64,000 nucleotides of DNA, taken from NCBI GenBank assembly GCA_013239625.1, contig MU054391.1, positions 8,961,095-9,025,094 on the forward strand. Reading direction: 5' to 3'. Shown piece after piece: positions 1-14,005 of this stretch. The notes under the pieces were generated by a model that was not told where the DNA came from, searched no databases, and worked only from the letters and a program-made list of their open reading frames with translations. The stretch comes from Lama guanicoe (lineage: Eukaryota). A program made the translations under genes and the position numbers. The first letter of the stretch is position 1. Every line of letters begins with the position of its first letter.

Positions 1-2851
1 CATTTGTTGTTTGACTGAAGGTTTTCAACTTCATCTCCGTCTCCTTTGGAGGAACGACTTGCTCTTAAAATAAGGGGGTTTCTGTTTGCTTGTCTTCTGT
101 TTTGTTTTTGTAACTAGAAGTGAAAATGTTAAATATTCTCAGAGGCAATGGAGGGAAGGACCTCAGAGGTTGCCCTCTTAAATTCTTCATCCACAGCTGG
201 TCACGTCCACGCTTAGCAAAGGTCAGAGGGACAGGCAGCCGGCCCCTGGCTGACTGGGAGAGGCTGTCTCCAGATCCGGAGGTAATCAGGAAGAGCGTCT
301 GACTTTCTGCTCCTGATTGAGGGACATTTTCCATTGGCCGTTGGGGCATTTCAGCAGCCAGGTGAGTTCCTTAAGTGCTTGCTGACAGTCCTTTGATAAC
401 AGAGACAGGGTCATAATTGTATTGAAAAGTTCCCTGAAAGAGAATTTCTGAAAGGTGTCCCAAAACATCCTGTTTTTATGGCTAATGGGCCGCATTCAGG
501 GTTTCTTCCAGATGACTGATGGCCTTCTCTGGCATCTGCCTCTCTCCATTCTGATGCTGACAGAAAGAAAGGGAATGTCTTAGAGCCAGACCTGGCCACT
601 AATGCAGTGTGACTTTGTTCTTCTTACAAAGGAGAAAAGTGCTGTGAAAAACAGGCCCAGCATTTGGAGGGTGTGATTCTCAGGTCTGATTCTTGGCGGC
701 TGTGAGATCTTAGCATAGGCATATGGTTTAATATCTTTGAAATGCATTGTCCTTTCCTCTTGAATGAGGGTAATTACACAGTTTAGGGTAAGAGGCAGAA
801 TATGAGCCTTGGCCTCGAGTAGGGAGCAGGTCTGGTTCCTGCCCACAGTCCATACAGCTGGAGTTTGGAAGCAGGCTTGGTGAGTCATCGCTTGTCCAAA
901 AAGGTACATCACGGTATTCTTAGGGAGGATCAAGTGAGATCAAGTTTTAAATGGCACTAAATAAATGCATCAGTAACCATCAGGTTTTCCCTCCATTATA
1001 CAGTGACATCATGGATTGATAAATTACGTGGTGGGCGAGAGCACAGCACAAAACAGTAAGGGGAGAGTACCGTTTTGATAAATTACTATCCTTTCAGAAG
1101 ACGGAAAACAAAGGTTCTATTCTTAGTGTTACCAAATGCTTTATCAAAGAGTTTCCCTGGAGGTGATCAGCATTTTCTTTTTCTTTCTTTAGCAACAAAG
1201 TGCCTTTCTTCTTGGTATCAGCCAGAGTCACCCTGAAATTCCTAAGAATACTTTCTCCGAATAGCCAGTCATGTTCGCATTATTGAGTGTGTAGGCTCCC
1301 TTACAAAGTTGGATGGAGAAAATTATCTTTAATTGTCCAGGAATAAGGTTTAATGAGGCTCAATTTAAGAGAAAATTTGAAAAGAAGGCGACCCAGTGTT
1401 TTTGGAGAGTTGATAGCCAGAGAGGCAGAAGGCATGGTGATTCTTTTTTCTTGATTTGAGGCTCCTGGGCTGCCTTCATTCCAGGACATGGATGCTGAGA
1501 TTGCTAAGTGCTGTCAGCTGGGTCCCACATTCCAAAAAATGGGGTCATCCTTCCATGATGAACCTGGGATTTCACAAGCAGAAGTATTACCACAGTAGAT
1601 GAACACCGCCAGTCAGATTGTGTAGGGGAAACTCCAGTAAAGACACGGTGTGACCAGAGGGATCTATGACGGTAAGAGACAAGCTGGAGTCCAGTTTAGT
1701 CCATGCTTGGCATTAGCAGAGGGGTTAGCTCTTTGGATCAAGCATGAAACTGGGGTTCTTGAACAACGAAAGAGATAGGGTACAAGTATTAATATTTAGA
1801 GGGGATTATTGGACTTCCTGCTCATAAGGAACTAGGGGTCCAGTGATTTGTAGGGAAAAGTAAAAGTATCATGACTTTATTTGTATTCTCAGTTTGTGGA
1901 GACTATTACGTTGGTTGCTTTAGACTATTCCTATAGATTTGTTTTCAATGATGTCTTATTTCCAGTATAGACATATATTTCTTACTCTCCATCCAAACTT
2001 TGAAAATTACACATGGCCCTGCACATGGACCAGGTTCTTCATGCTGTGATAGGAGAGCCTGAGATGCTGAGTGTCCCTACAGAGCAGCGGTGGGAGGGCT
2101 GTGAGGGAGACAGGTGTTCATTTTGAAGACTGCATGTGAGTTACTATCATTAGGAAGAGGGAAAATGAAAATAGGACCAAACTCATTTCCAATGACTTTG
2201 ACCTGACCTTCAGTTGGGTTTCCTGAGCACAGTTTTCTAAGCGATATGGTGTTTATTATATTAAAGAAATTACAAAAATAATACCTTGCACTATAATTGA
2301 AACTGATTCTCCTTTGATTCTCTTTGTAATTGTAGCACTTTATTTATAATTTAAAAACTATGAAAAAAAAACCTGAAATGTAACCTGAAATCAGAGAATA
2401 CTCAATTTGCTTTTTGTACTTTGAATTTGATCGATTCAATTCTGAATTGCTTTTCTAAATATTTGAACTTGTAAATAGAGAAAAAGTTTCATATTCAGAA
2501 AAAAATGGATTTTCTATCAATTTTAGAGTAATTGTTTGCTTGAGTTGGCAAGGAGTAAATTGCTCCAAACCTTTTAAATAAATCTTTAAAGTGGTAAGGA
2601 GAGTTTTGCTTGCCAGTTCTCTCCAAGAATTAAATAAATAAATACAAATGAGATAGTTGGAGAATAGGCATGAAGTGATAGAAGATTTTTCCCAATTCAG
2701 GTGCTTTGGATTTAGGGATTTGGTACATACTGGTCTGGCCATATGACTATTTTGAATCAGATGGTAAACAAGAACTTTATTCTTTTAACCGTACTTTTGT
2801 GTGATTAACTTTTTTGTGTCATGACTGATTTATCTGATGAGGAGGATTTTT

Positions 2852-5170
2852 GCTTAATAAACTTTATTTTTTAAAGCAATTTTAAGTTCACAGCAGGATT
2901 GAGTAGAGGTACAGAGATTTCTCATTTTACCTCCTGTTCCCACAAATGCACAGCCTCTCTCATCATCAGCATCCCCACCAGAGTGATCCATTTGATGAAA
3001 CTACATGACACATCATAATCATCCAAATTCCATAGTTTACATTAGGGTTCGCTATTGGTTTTGTACATTCTGTGGGCTGGACAAATACATAACAGCATGT
3101 ATTTACCATTATAATATCATACAAACTAGTTTCACTGTCCTGAAAGTCCTCTGTGTTCCACCTGTACATTCCTCTCTCCCCTCCCAGCCTCTGACAATCT
3201 CTGATCCTTTTATTGTCTCTGTTGTTCTGTTTTCCAGATTGTCATAAAGTTGGAATCACACAGGATCCTTTGCAGATGGGCTTCTTTCACTTAGTAATAT
3301 GCATCTGAGTTTCCTCCGTGTTTTTTCATAGGTTGATTGGCTCGTTTCTTTTTAGTGTTGAGTAATATTCCACTGTCTGGGTGTACCACAGTTTTATTTA
3401 TCCATTAAACTACTGGAAGACATCTTGGTTGCTTCCAAGTTTTTGCAATTATGAACAAAGCTGCTATAAACCTTAGTGTGCCAGTTTTGTGTTGACTTTA
3501 GTTTTCAGTCCATTTCAGTAAATACCAAGGAGGGCAATTGCTGGATTGTGGTAGGAGTATGCTTGGTTTTGTATTAAAAAAAAATTGCAAAACCGTCTCC
3601 CAAAGTGGCTGTACTATTTTGCATCCCCACCAGTAATGAGATAGACTTCCTGCTCCACACCTTTGCCCACATTTGATGTTGTCAGTGTTTCAGATTTTGG
3701 CCATTCTAATTATGTAGCAGTACCTTGTTTTAATTTGCATTTCTCTGGTGGCAGAGATGTGGGGCATCTTTTCTTATGCTTATTTGTCATCTACATTTGT
3801 GTGTGTGTGTGTGTGTGAGGTATTTAAGATCATTGGATGCTTTTTTAATTGGGCTGTTTGTTTTCATATTGTTGAGTTTTAAGTGTTCTTTGTATATTTT
3901 AGATAGAAGTACTTTCTCACTTGTCCTTTGGAAATATTTGCTCCCCGTCTGTGGTTTGTATTCTCATTCTTTTGATAGTACTTTTGCATTGAGAAGATTT
4001 TAATTTCAATAGAGTCCATCTCACCAGTTATTTCATTCATGGGTTATACCATCTGTGTTGTATCTAAAAAGGCATTGCCATATCCAAGGCCATCTAGGTT
4101 TTTACCTATGTTATATCTTCTAGGAGTTTTATATTTTTACACTGTATGTTTCAGTCTGTGTTCCATCTTGAGTTAATTTTTATGAAGGGTGTATGTCTAT
4201 ATTCAGATTATTTTTTCTTTGTTTGCATGTTGATGTCAATTTATTCCAGCACTATTAATTGAAAAGATTATCTTTGCTCTATTGTGTTGCCTTTGCTCCT
4301 TTGTCAAATTTCAGTTAACTGCATTTGTATGTCTATTTCTGCCCTTTTTTCTGTTTCATTAATTTGTTTATTGTTTAGCCAGTACCACACTCTCTTGATT
4401 ACTGTTCCTTTGTCGTAAGGCTCAAAGTTCGGTGGTATCAGTCCTCTGACTTTGTTCTTCAATATTGTGTTGGCTATTCTGGGGTTTTTACCTTTACATA
4501 TAAACTTTAGAATCAGTTTGTCAATATCCACAAAATAACTTACTAGGTTTTTGACTGGCATTGTGTTGAATTTAGATCAAGTTAAAAAAAAATAACATCT
4601 TAGACTGTTGTCTTCCTGTCTATGAAAATGGAATCTCTTTCCATTCATCCAGTTCTTTGTTGGTTCATCAGAGATCTGCAGTTTTCCTCATATAGATCTT
4701 GTACACATTTTGTTAGATTTATACCTAAATATTTCATTTTTTGGTGTGCTAATGGAAATGGTCTATTACGTTTTTAATTTCAAATTCCACTTGCTCACTG
4801 CTGGAATGTAGAAAAGCAACTGACTTTTGTACATTAACCTTGTATCCTGTAACCTTTTTATAATTGCTTATCAGTCCAGGAGGGTCTTGTTTTTGTTGTT
4901 GTTGTGTTTTTCCTGATTCTTTTGAATTTTCTACATAGACAATTATGTCATCCGTGAACAAAGACAGTTTTATTCCTGCCCAGTTTGTGCACTTCATTTT
5001 TCTTTTGTCTTATCGCATCACCTAGGACATCTGTATAATGTATGATGTGGAAAAGGAGAGGTCATGAGGAATATCCTTTCCTTGTCATTGATCTTAGTGG
5101 GAAACCTTAGTTTCTCACCACTAAGTATGATGTTACCAAAGGTTTTCCATCGACGTTCTTTATCAAGTTA
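2852..5170 (-). mobile_element. 5'-truncated L1 (L1MC1-like 3' UTR plus decayed ORF2 3' part)
   Basis: The 3' UTR reads like the L1MC1 consensus (agttcacagca...catccccaccagagtg...tccatagtttacattagggttc). ORF2-like peptides occur at 4304-4561 (IDKLILKFI...PRIANTILK) and 4749-4997 (IKLSLFTDDIIVYVEN, the RT xADD motif region). Flanking repeat atgaggagga is a candidate TSD. Confidence 0.9.
3797..3816. repeat. (GT)n microsatellite inside L1
   Basis: Run of tgtgtgtg... read directly. Confidence 0.9.
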
Positions 5171-5789
5171 ATGAGGAGGAGGACTTTTAATGTAATTCTT
5201 AAAATATGACAGGTTTAGATAAAGGAAGTATTCTAATGTTCTATTTTCAAGATATAAAGACATTTTATCTTATAATGAAATAAACAGATGCTTATTATAC
5301 CACTTTACAGCAATAGAAGTAAAGTAAAACTAAAATAAATAAAATCTCTGAATCATATCTAATTGTTGGATTTAGAATGTTTTCTATTAGTTTGCAAGTA
5401 TGTGTACCTATTTGATTATCTATCCACCCACTTACTCATCTACTCATCCATTCATCATCTTTAAGGTGTCTGGTTTTCCCTTTCTTCATAAAAGTATGCT
5501 TCTTTTTCACTGGAGTAAACACGTTATGATTTTGCTTTCTCTCTTGAGCTCTTTGAATTTGCTGCCATTTTTGGAACCTTTCTTCATTCTGTCTGCAGCT
5601 CCATGGGTGCTACCCTTCTCTTCTGCCAGTTACTGCCTTAAACTAGTCACCATGAGGGTGACTTCAATCCCATGGAGCTATCAGGTTGAGGGGTAGCATG
5701 ACCTTACCTTCCCTGTCCCCTCTGCCCTCGCAGTCTTCCCAAAGACTGCCAAACTGGACTACGACTATACACGTTACTGAATTTTCTAC

Positions 5790-6400
5790 TCAAGTACTAA
5801 CATGAAATAACCTTTTTTTCAGAAAGATTTATGAATATTTTTTCTGATGTTTTACATGTCTTAAAAAATCTTTTCTTTTTTCCTTAATAATAATAATACA
5901 GTTTACAATAAAATTTTTGACTCACAATTCTTTCCCCTCCTCTCCCCCCAGAATCCAGAGTAGTTTTTAAATATTTTCCTGGTTATATTACACACATCTC
6001 TCATATTTTTTATTCCTCTATCTTGTTCTCTGAATTTGGGGAGAATTTACCATCTTTTCATTAATTCAGTGTACAATTCTGGCCATGATATTTACTACTT
6101 AATTGTTTTTATTTTAATTTTTGATGTATTTTTAATTTCTCTTTTGCCAAAAGAAGCCATTTCTTATTTTATTAGTACTCTGATAGCAGCTCAAATCTAT
6201 ATAGACAAATATTTAATTTATTTCCTGTTGTGATTTCCCTATGTCTCAAATAAATTCTTTTTTATTAGGCAGTATTTACTGTGACTTCTCAGGCAGTCTT
6301 CTTTAGAGCTGCTTGTTTTCTTCATGTATCTGGTGATTTTTGCTTGTCTGCTCACTTTTACAAATAGAAATCTACGTTGATCATATTGACAGTTAGCTCC
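5790..6400 (-). mobile_element. Highly decayed old L1M/HAL1-like remnant
   Basis: T-rich text resembling antisense old L1. Family is uncertain. Confidence 0.35.
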
Positions 6401-7184
6401 TGTGGTACCTCTCAGCACATCCATAAATCATTGTTGAATCCCCTCAGCAGGTGTCTCAGGATGGGAGTTCTGTTGTAATGAGGTGAAGTCCTGCACTGCC
6501 TTTTAGCGCACAGTCATGAGAAACAGCATGCTCTTGCAGAAATAGGTTTCTTCATACAAACTAAAATAATTTGGTCATAGAGCTGCTTCCTTGGCTTGCC
6601 TATTCTGCAACTAGTAGGTAGAATCTGCCCAGGCAAGCTATTTGTATATAGAAATTAACCCAGTAAAATTGTTGCAATTTTACTTTCTCTTTATTAAAAA
6701 TGAAACCATTTAAGCTTTGTTTTTTTTTTCTTAGAACATTCTTAGCTGAGATCTCATAGCTTAGATCTCATAGCTTAGACACTGCTAGTTTGAGCTACAC
6801 AAATTGAACTACAGTGATACCATTGACATCATTTAGTAGACATGTTGCACTAGATACTTGAACTTGTGTGTTCCAAGGGTGGTAAAGAGAGAGCTTTTTA
6901 AAAAGAGCTTTTACATCTGGTTATTTTTTAAGAAAATAATTCGTTGCTTTTAAAAATTTCTACGTTTGCTCTTTGTATGGTTATTAATTGTGCTGAGCAA
7001 ATCCGATCCTTTCCATTTCTAAGTATCATTGTTTAAAATGAAATATATGAACCATAGTGTTTGAAAAGAAGATGCAATCTCCATGTAAAGGGTATAGAGT
7101 TTTATATGTGTGCATATGTGTATGAAAACAAATATACATACTTAAGTTGGGTACTTTTATTGATACTATTCAGATACTCTAGAT

Positions 7185-7404
7185 CAGTGCTTGGCGAAGC
7201 ACTGTCTGCTGGCCAAACCCAGCTGGTAACTGTCTTATAAATAAAGTTTTATTAGATCACAGTCAAGCCAATTTGTTTACACATTGTTTATGGCTGCTTT
7301 CACACAACAGCAGCGGAGTTGAGCGTTTTAGTAGAGACCACAGAGCTGCAAAGTCTAAAATGTTTACTGTCTGGCCCTTTACAGAAAATATTTGTCAACC
7401 CCAG
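7185..7404 (+). mobile_element. MER58A-like hAT-Charlie MITE
   Basis: Internal ataaataaagttttattagatcacag...ctggccctttacagaaaa. 8-bp TSD ctctagat (7177-7184) / ctctacat (7405-7412). Confidence 0.85.
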
Positions 7405-7874
7405 CTCTACATCTATGCATAATTGGTCTATTTAATCTGTAAACAATGAAAAAGTGTGTTAAAAATTCCCATTCGTGTTGTATTTTTGTCATTTCTTTTT
7501 ATAATATTTAATTTCTGCTTAACGTATTAATACTCTTTATTGCTTCACATATGCAAACATGGAGTCATAATTTCTCTGTTCATTATCCCATTGATAATTA
7601 TAAGGCAAAGCTTTATTTTTTTATGATTCCTAATATGAGTATCGAAACCGCTGCTCCTTCTTTGTTTGCATTTGCATGCTGTTTTGGTGGTGGTGGTGGT
7701 CTTGTTTCTCCCCAGTCTCCAAACATTTTAAGGTGCTTTGCATAGGTATGTATATTATCACCTAGTGTGGTAACCAGTTGTGGTTATCTGTCACATGGAT
7801 ACAACTGACAGTCAAGTTTAGGTTAATTTTATTCCCGCAGGAAACTTGTCTTTTCATTCGAACAACAGTGTTTG

Positions 7875-8465
7875 TTTGTTTTGCAGAGCAGTTTTTAATT
7901 TTTATACAATTTAACTTACCAGTTTTTTCTTTTATTTATCATGTTTTCTTTGTACCTAAGAAGTCATTGCCAAGCCCAAGGTCATCTAGATTTTTCTCCT
8001 GTGTTATCTTCTAGGAGTTTTACAGTTTTCCATTGTCCATGGAACTTTGTGCTCTGGTTTGAGTAAATTTTTGTGAAAGATCTAAGATCTGTGTCTAGAT
8101 TCACTTTTTTGCATGTGGATGTCCATTTTCAAAGTACTTTGGAGGCTGTCCTTTCTCCATTGACTCTCTTTGCTCCTCTGTCAAAGATCAGTTGACTGTA
8201 TTCGTGTATATCTATTTCTGGGCTCTCTGTTTTGTTCATTGATCTATTTGTGTGTTCTTTCGCCAAGACCACACTCTTGATTCCTGTTGCTCTACAATAA
8301 GGCTATAGCAGTTGGGTCGTGTCAGTCTTCCAACTTTGTTCTTCACCTTCAATCTTGTGTTGGTTATGCTGGGTCTCTTGCCTCTCCGTAAAGACTTTAG
8401 AATCAATTTGTCGATACCCAGAAAATAACTCTTTGGGATTTTGATTGGGTTTGCGTTGAAGTCCT
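7875..8465 (-). mobile_element. L1 (L1MC-like) ORF2 3' fragment
   Basis: ORF 8236-8481 contains FNANPIKIPKSYFLGIDKLILK, typical of the L1 ORF2 C-terminal part. It is similar to the sequence at about 3990-4570. Confidence 0.85.
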
Positions 8466-8559
8466 TGTCCTGAGGTAGCAATTACCACCTTTGCTCTCCT
8501 CCCCAAATGCATTGTATACATCCCTTTATGTGATATAATTTTCCACTCTTCCCCATCTC

Positions 8560-10590
8560 CAAACTGTCCATTGGGAACTCTCGAACTTCTGGACTGTTAC
8601 CTTTCAGTGTTCATATACTCTGAGCCTCTTTTTCCAAATAGTCCTTTTACTACCTTGACTGAAGTGAAATAAGGCTGTCCATGAGGATACCACTTCCCTT
8701 GCTGCCCTTTCAAATTAAGCTGTTCGTGGGGTTTGTTTGTTTGTTTTGCTTTCATTTAAGGACCAAAAGTTTGGTTAGGTGTCCATTTGCTCCTTTTTGA
8801 TAGTTTTAAATCATTTACATCCTTTGTTCTCTGGGGGAGTGTGGACAGATCTGCTCTTTTGAAGATCCTATCATCAAGGTGGGATCTCTTCTTTCCCTCT
8901 GGTCACACTGTCTTATATGATGAACTTGTCTTCATTACTTTTTACCTTTAGGACCATAGTCTTTCTATCTCAATCCCTGCTGTCAGGGACCTCAACATCA
9001 CATGAATTAATTGTCCAGCAGTCTCTCAGTTCTTTATCCCTTCAACTCCAGTCATTTATTTGCAAGCCAGTCAGAAATTACTTTCTAGAATTCATCATCA
9101 CCTAACTTCTGAAGTTACAACAATAAACATCCTAATTTATAGCCATAATTTCCTATTTTTCTTGCTTTAATGAATCTCATTTCTTCTTGTGCTTTTTTTA
9201 ACCTTGTCAAGAATTCGAGCCAGTGAGAAAGTGAATTTCCCATCACTTTCTCATTGCCAGTGAACCCCTCACTTTTCAGCTGTTTGGTCATGAATTGTTT
9301 GATTCATCATCATTATCAATTTCTTAAAATTCTGTCATTTTCTTTGGCTTTATCTTCCTCTCTTTTACTCCTCCCAGATGAAAATTATGATCCAGGATTT
9401 TGGGATCCGCACCTGAGCAGCTGACTCTGGCTGAGGAAAATCGCACAAGCATGCTAACAAGTTTTGTTTTCCCTACACAATCATTAATTTGAAAGGAGAA
9501 TTGCTTACGAGTCCTTCCATGTGCGTCTAACATCTCTCTTTGTCATGGTCCAAGATGACTGTCTCCAAGCTAATTCTCTTCTCAGACCATCCCTTCATCA
9601 CTCTCAGCTGATGACCTAGCTTCATATTTCAAACCGAAAATTGAAGTCATCAGATGTGAATTGCTTTATCTTTTTTGGCATGGGTGCCCTCTTAATATAC
9701 ACTATGTGACAGCCAGTATTCATCTCTCAGGTGTAGCTGTCTAGGGTCATAAATTTTTAAACTAAGGCATGCCTCCCTTCACTGCTTCCAAGCTGCTTGA
9801 GTGTCCCATTCAACATTCTTTTTGAAATAAGTTTCTGAGAAGGGGGAAAGGAAGTTTAACTTTCAGTGTCCCGATGGTTGCTGCAAATGTTCCACCCTCT
9901 GTGTTTAGAAATGTTTTGCCAGAGGAACAGATTTGGACATGGGAGTAATTACAACACAAGAAGCCAAAAAGCACCTGCATGCACGTATGAAACCTGACCT
10001 TTGGGGTAAGATGTGGTTTAAAGTCCATACGAGCTTTGTGTGAAGCTTTTTTCTCTAGTCACTACGATACATTACACACCAACTTAGCGTCTTTGCGGAC
10101 TCCTTTCTCCTACCAAGACTGGCCTTCAGTCATGATGACAGCAGCTTCTCGCTTCCACTGGTGATGACAAGACACTACCTTTGCTGACTTCCCAAATGTT
10201 CCAGGAGAAACAGCCACCCCAATTGGGGAAGGCTAATGTTCTTCATGCCACCAACCCTAGATAAACTCATTCCATCTTTTCCGTCTTTCTATTTTCAGTG
10301 GAGAAGGCATCTCTACCTTTCAATGACTCCACAGTTGTATTGGTTCTCTTTTCCTCTTGCTTTTCAGCAGTCTTTGACTACACTCTCTACTACATCCTTA
10401 ATCTTAGCTTTTCTAGTGAATCTTTCCCTTTGTCTCATGAGCATCCTTTATAACCTTTCCCATCTGAAAAAAAAAAAATCCCTTGACTGTGTATGTCCCA
10501 AAGTTTTATTCCATTAATGGTCCTGTTTTTTTGGTTCTCTGTTACCAATCATTTCAAGAGCCATTCTATCCATTATTCTTCCATTCTTTA
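8560..10590 (+). mobile_element. L2 internal (ORF2) fragment, interrupted at about 9690-10250
   Basis: L2-like internal motifs: ccatgaggataccacttcccttgctgccctttcaa, cactctcagctgatgacctagcttcatatttc...gaaaattgaagtcatcaga and cccatctgaaaaaaa...cccttgac. Confidence 0.65.
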
Positions 10591-10619
10591 CTTTAGCAGT
10601 GACTACGTGCTCTGTGTTT

Positions 10620-12330
10620 TAATTTTGAAAAGTTAAAAAAAAATTTCTGAAGGTAATGACAATACCCAACAACCAGAATTAATAAAAACATTTTCTTATG
10701 TAAGTGCCAGTCATACAACACATGGCAGCAAAAATTCCTTTGTTACCCACTTGCATTATAAGTCTCTCTCTCTAAAGTAAAATTCTATCTTGATTTGGGT
10801 GTATCTTTCCACATCACTTTTTAGGTGTGCTTTTATTTCCCCTCTTAATTTGCCTTAATGCTATCATGTTGTGTATGTCACTCCGCAATTAATTATTTGA
10901 TTTAACACACCAATCATCTCACCCAATTACCTTTTTTTCTTGGTGGCAAGAATGCTAAAGTTCTACTCTTCGCATGTGAGGTTTTTCTATAGTGTCAACC
11001 AAGGAGTAGGATTGCTGTATATCAGAATATTTTCATTTCAGTGTCACTAGGTTTCTAATTGCTCTCTAAATTAGTTTTATAAATTAACATTCATACTACA
11101 GAGAGTATAAAGACTTTGGTTTGCCCTCATCTTTCCTAACACTTTGTAATGTCAAACTTACTGCATTTTGCCAATCATCCAATTCATGGACATAAACCTC
11201 TCCTTGCTTCAGTTCCACCTTTGCTGATTTTCTGCAAGGTTGCATGTATTTTCATATTTATAGGCTATTTCCAGCCTTTGGGGTTGGCTGTTCAATGTGA
11301 TAACTCTTTTGTTCTTTTTCTATTGAATTATTTTTCTTTTAAATGTTGATTTGGTTATGTTGAATGGAAATATCTTCTCCCAATTCGGCCCTTTTCAAGT
11401 TTTGTATATGTCTTTATATTACAGATACTTAAAATCAGGATACAATCAGAATTATTGATCTTTTCTGTTTTTCAATCTGTCATATATAAGAAATGTTTAC
11501 ATTTTTAGAGGTCTCAAAGATGTTCTACATTTTCTTTTAAGTGTATTACAAGTTTGATTTTATAAATTGGATATTTTATGCATTTGCAAGATCTTTTTTG
11601 TATGATGTGAATTAGTGCTTTAGATTTTATCTTCCATAAAGAAAGCTGAGTTGCTACACCTTTTATTGAACAGTCCATCATTGCACAGGATTTGTATGCT
11701 ATGCACACCAGGTACTAAATTCCACATATGCCTGAATCTATTTCTTGTCTCTCTAATTGATTCCTTTTATCTATTGACTTCTAAGCTTCTGCCTTAATGT
11801 TTTAATTACCATAGTTTTACAAAAGTCTTAAGTCTAATAGGACGAGTTATCTTGGTTTTTCATTTTTTATGTTTTGGAAAATATTAGATAATTGCTTTTC
11901 CTAAGAATTTTAGAATTTAATTAGTTACATGAAAAATCACGTGGAGAGTTTGATTTAAATAGTCTTGAATATGTGGATTATTGGGGGGAAGAACTGACCA
12001 CTGTAGGGTAGTGGGACTTCCTATCCATAAACAAATTGTAAATGCTCGTATGCTCGTCTGCATAAATCTTTTCTCTCTCTTAACTATATTTTGTAACTTT
12101 CTTAATGTGGATATTATACATATTCTGTTAGGTTTATTTCCATATGCCTTACAATTTAAGTTGCTGTTGGTATACAGGATTGACATTTATCTTTGAATTT
12201 TGGTCTTGACTTCAGTTAATACTTCTAAATTCTCTTGTCAGTTTTTGGGTTATTCTGCAATAATAAATAGCTTGCTTTCTTCTCTAGTTCTGAGGAACTC
12301 TGTAAGGTAGTTGCATGCTGTTAAGTGAAA
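10620..12330 (-). mobile_element. Old L1 (L1ME-like) 3' UTR/ORF2 remnant
   Basis: Decayed antisense L1 text, e.g. ttgctctctaaattagttttataaattaacattc and cttcctatccataaac...ttaggtttatttcc. Confidence 0.7.
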
Positions 12331-12627
12331 GCATGATAGTGTTACTGTTTCATGAAATGTCCAGGGGTGCAGAAGGATGTTTATTGGTGCTATGTAGCCT
12401 ACGCATGGATTCTTAGAATGGGCACGAAGTGTGAAGATTTTGTTTTCATGTCACTGCTCACCTCAGGGCATCTACTGCAAGGCTCCTGATCACCAAATGG
12501 ACAAGATACTGTGTGTGTGTATGTTGGGTTACTGTCTTACCCCAACCCCCTTAGTATTACCCTTCAAAGAAAAAGAAAATAACCCTCTCACCCTCTCCCT
12601 TTTATGGGGAGAATATTATACACATAT

Positions 12628-12646
12628 ATGTGTGTGTGTGTGTGTG
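12628..12646. repeat. (TG)n microsatellite
   Basis: Read directly. Confidence 0.9.
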
Positions 12647-14005
12647 AGACATAATTGATAATCTATTAATATTTCATATATATAATGTTATGGGTATTAC
12701 ATGGAAGTTCAAATCTGTATGTGAAGTTATGTATGAAAATTAATTAGACTCCTGGCTTTGCCTCTCATATGCATATGCTGTAGGAATGACCTTTCATATA
12801 TATCCCATCATCCCCATGCAGAACATCCTCGACCAATGACTTTCCATTGTTCTTCAGTACATCCAGGTTCCTGACCAAGGGTCCACAAGGTTCTGCTCCA
12901 TACCTACCTTAGCACGATACCTGGTTTACCTTGGGTGCTTGGATACTGATTAAGTGAAAATCCCACATCCTTGCAGGTCTTTGGAAGTGCCTTCCTGGGA
13001 AAGCTGTAGGACGCTGCACCCTTCCATCTTCAATTCAGTGCCCCTCTAGGACACACTGAGGATCTCTTGTACTTGTGCCAGCCTCATCTGTGTGTTCTGA
13101 CCTCTTTGTCTACCCTAAGCATGACTGCTTATTGGAAAAACAAAACAAAACTGCATTGATAGGATGAGTTGGGAGGGTCCTGTCACCCACTTTCCCCACA
13201 GCATCATCTAAATGTTCCTTCCTGCTGCTGCTTTCTTAAGAGAGTAAACTCTCACCAGTGAACATTCTTTTCCAGAAACCATACTGAGAAAGCGTGGCTC
13301 ATTGTTTTATAAATAGGCCCCCACAAGAAATTTCACCATAAAACAAAACAAATCTTTAGTGAATAGGTTTTTAATTTAGAGCAATTTGGCTGAATCCAGA
13401 TCTTCTCTTGTGGCTTCTCACTTGCTCCCCACTCCCCTCAGTTACTCTCTGAAACTACTGCCCTCACAAGGACATGGCCATATTTTGGTTCTAAGGCCAC
13501 CAACAGTGGCTGAGAGGATCCTTGCCAAGTCTCCTAGGTCTGCTATCCCATCTAAAAACATAAACCCTTTAATGAAGAATTGACAGTCCACATCAGTGGC
13601 CATTCATTTTATTTAAAAATAAGTAAGTATAAATCTATTAAGCAAGTAATATGGAAATGCTATTTTCATATCAAAAGTAATAACTTTAAGAGTTTTATGA
13701 GGACTGTCAATTTGGTATTCTACCAAGAAATCTGGCCCCCAGGCCTGGCAGAGTTGGATAGTTCTTGTAGCTTACCAGATCATTGAAGTCCCTACGTGTG
13801 GTCAGATACAAAGAACCAAGACTATTACGAGTTGTCTTTTCAATTACCGCTCTTCTTGCTTTTACATGAAAAATTGCTATTATTGTCCTCTATTGTTGTG
13901 AATGTTTGTTGCAGGTCATTTGATTAACTGTATAAGGTACGGAGATACACATTTAAAACAACAATAAGGGTTTCCATTTGTCTAATTCACTAGATATAGT
14001 TTTAA

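Noticed and set aside
2701..2763. Possible 63-nt coding exon (ttcag|gtgctttgg...gatg|gtaaac)
   Set aside because: Weak donor, unrecognised peptide and no partner exons
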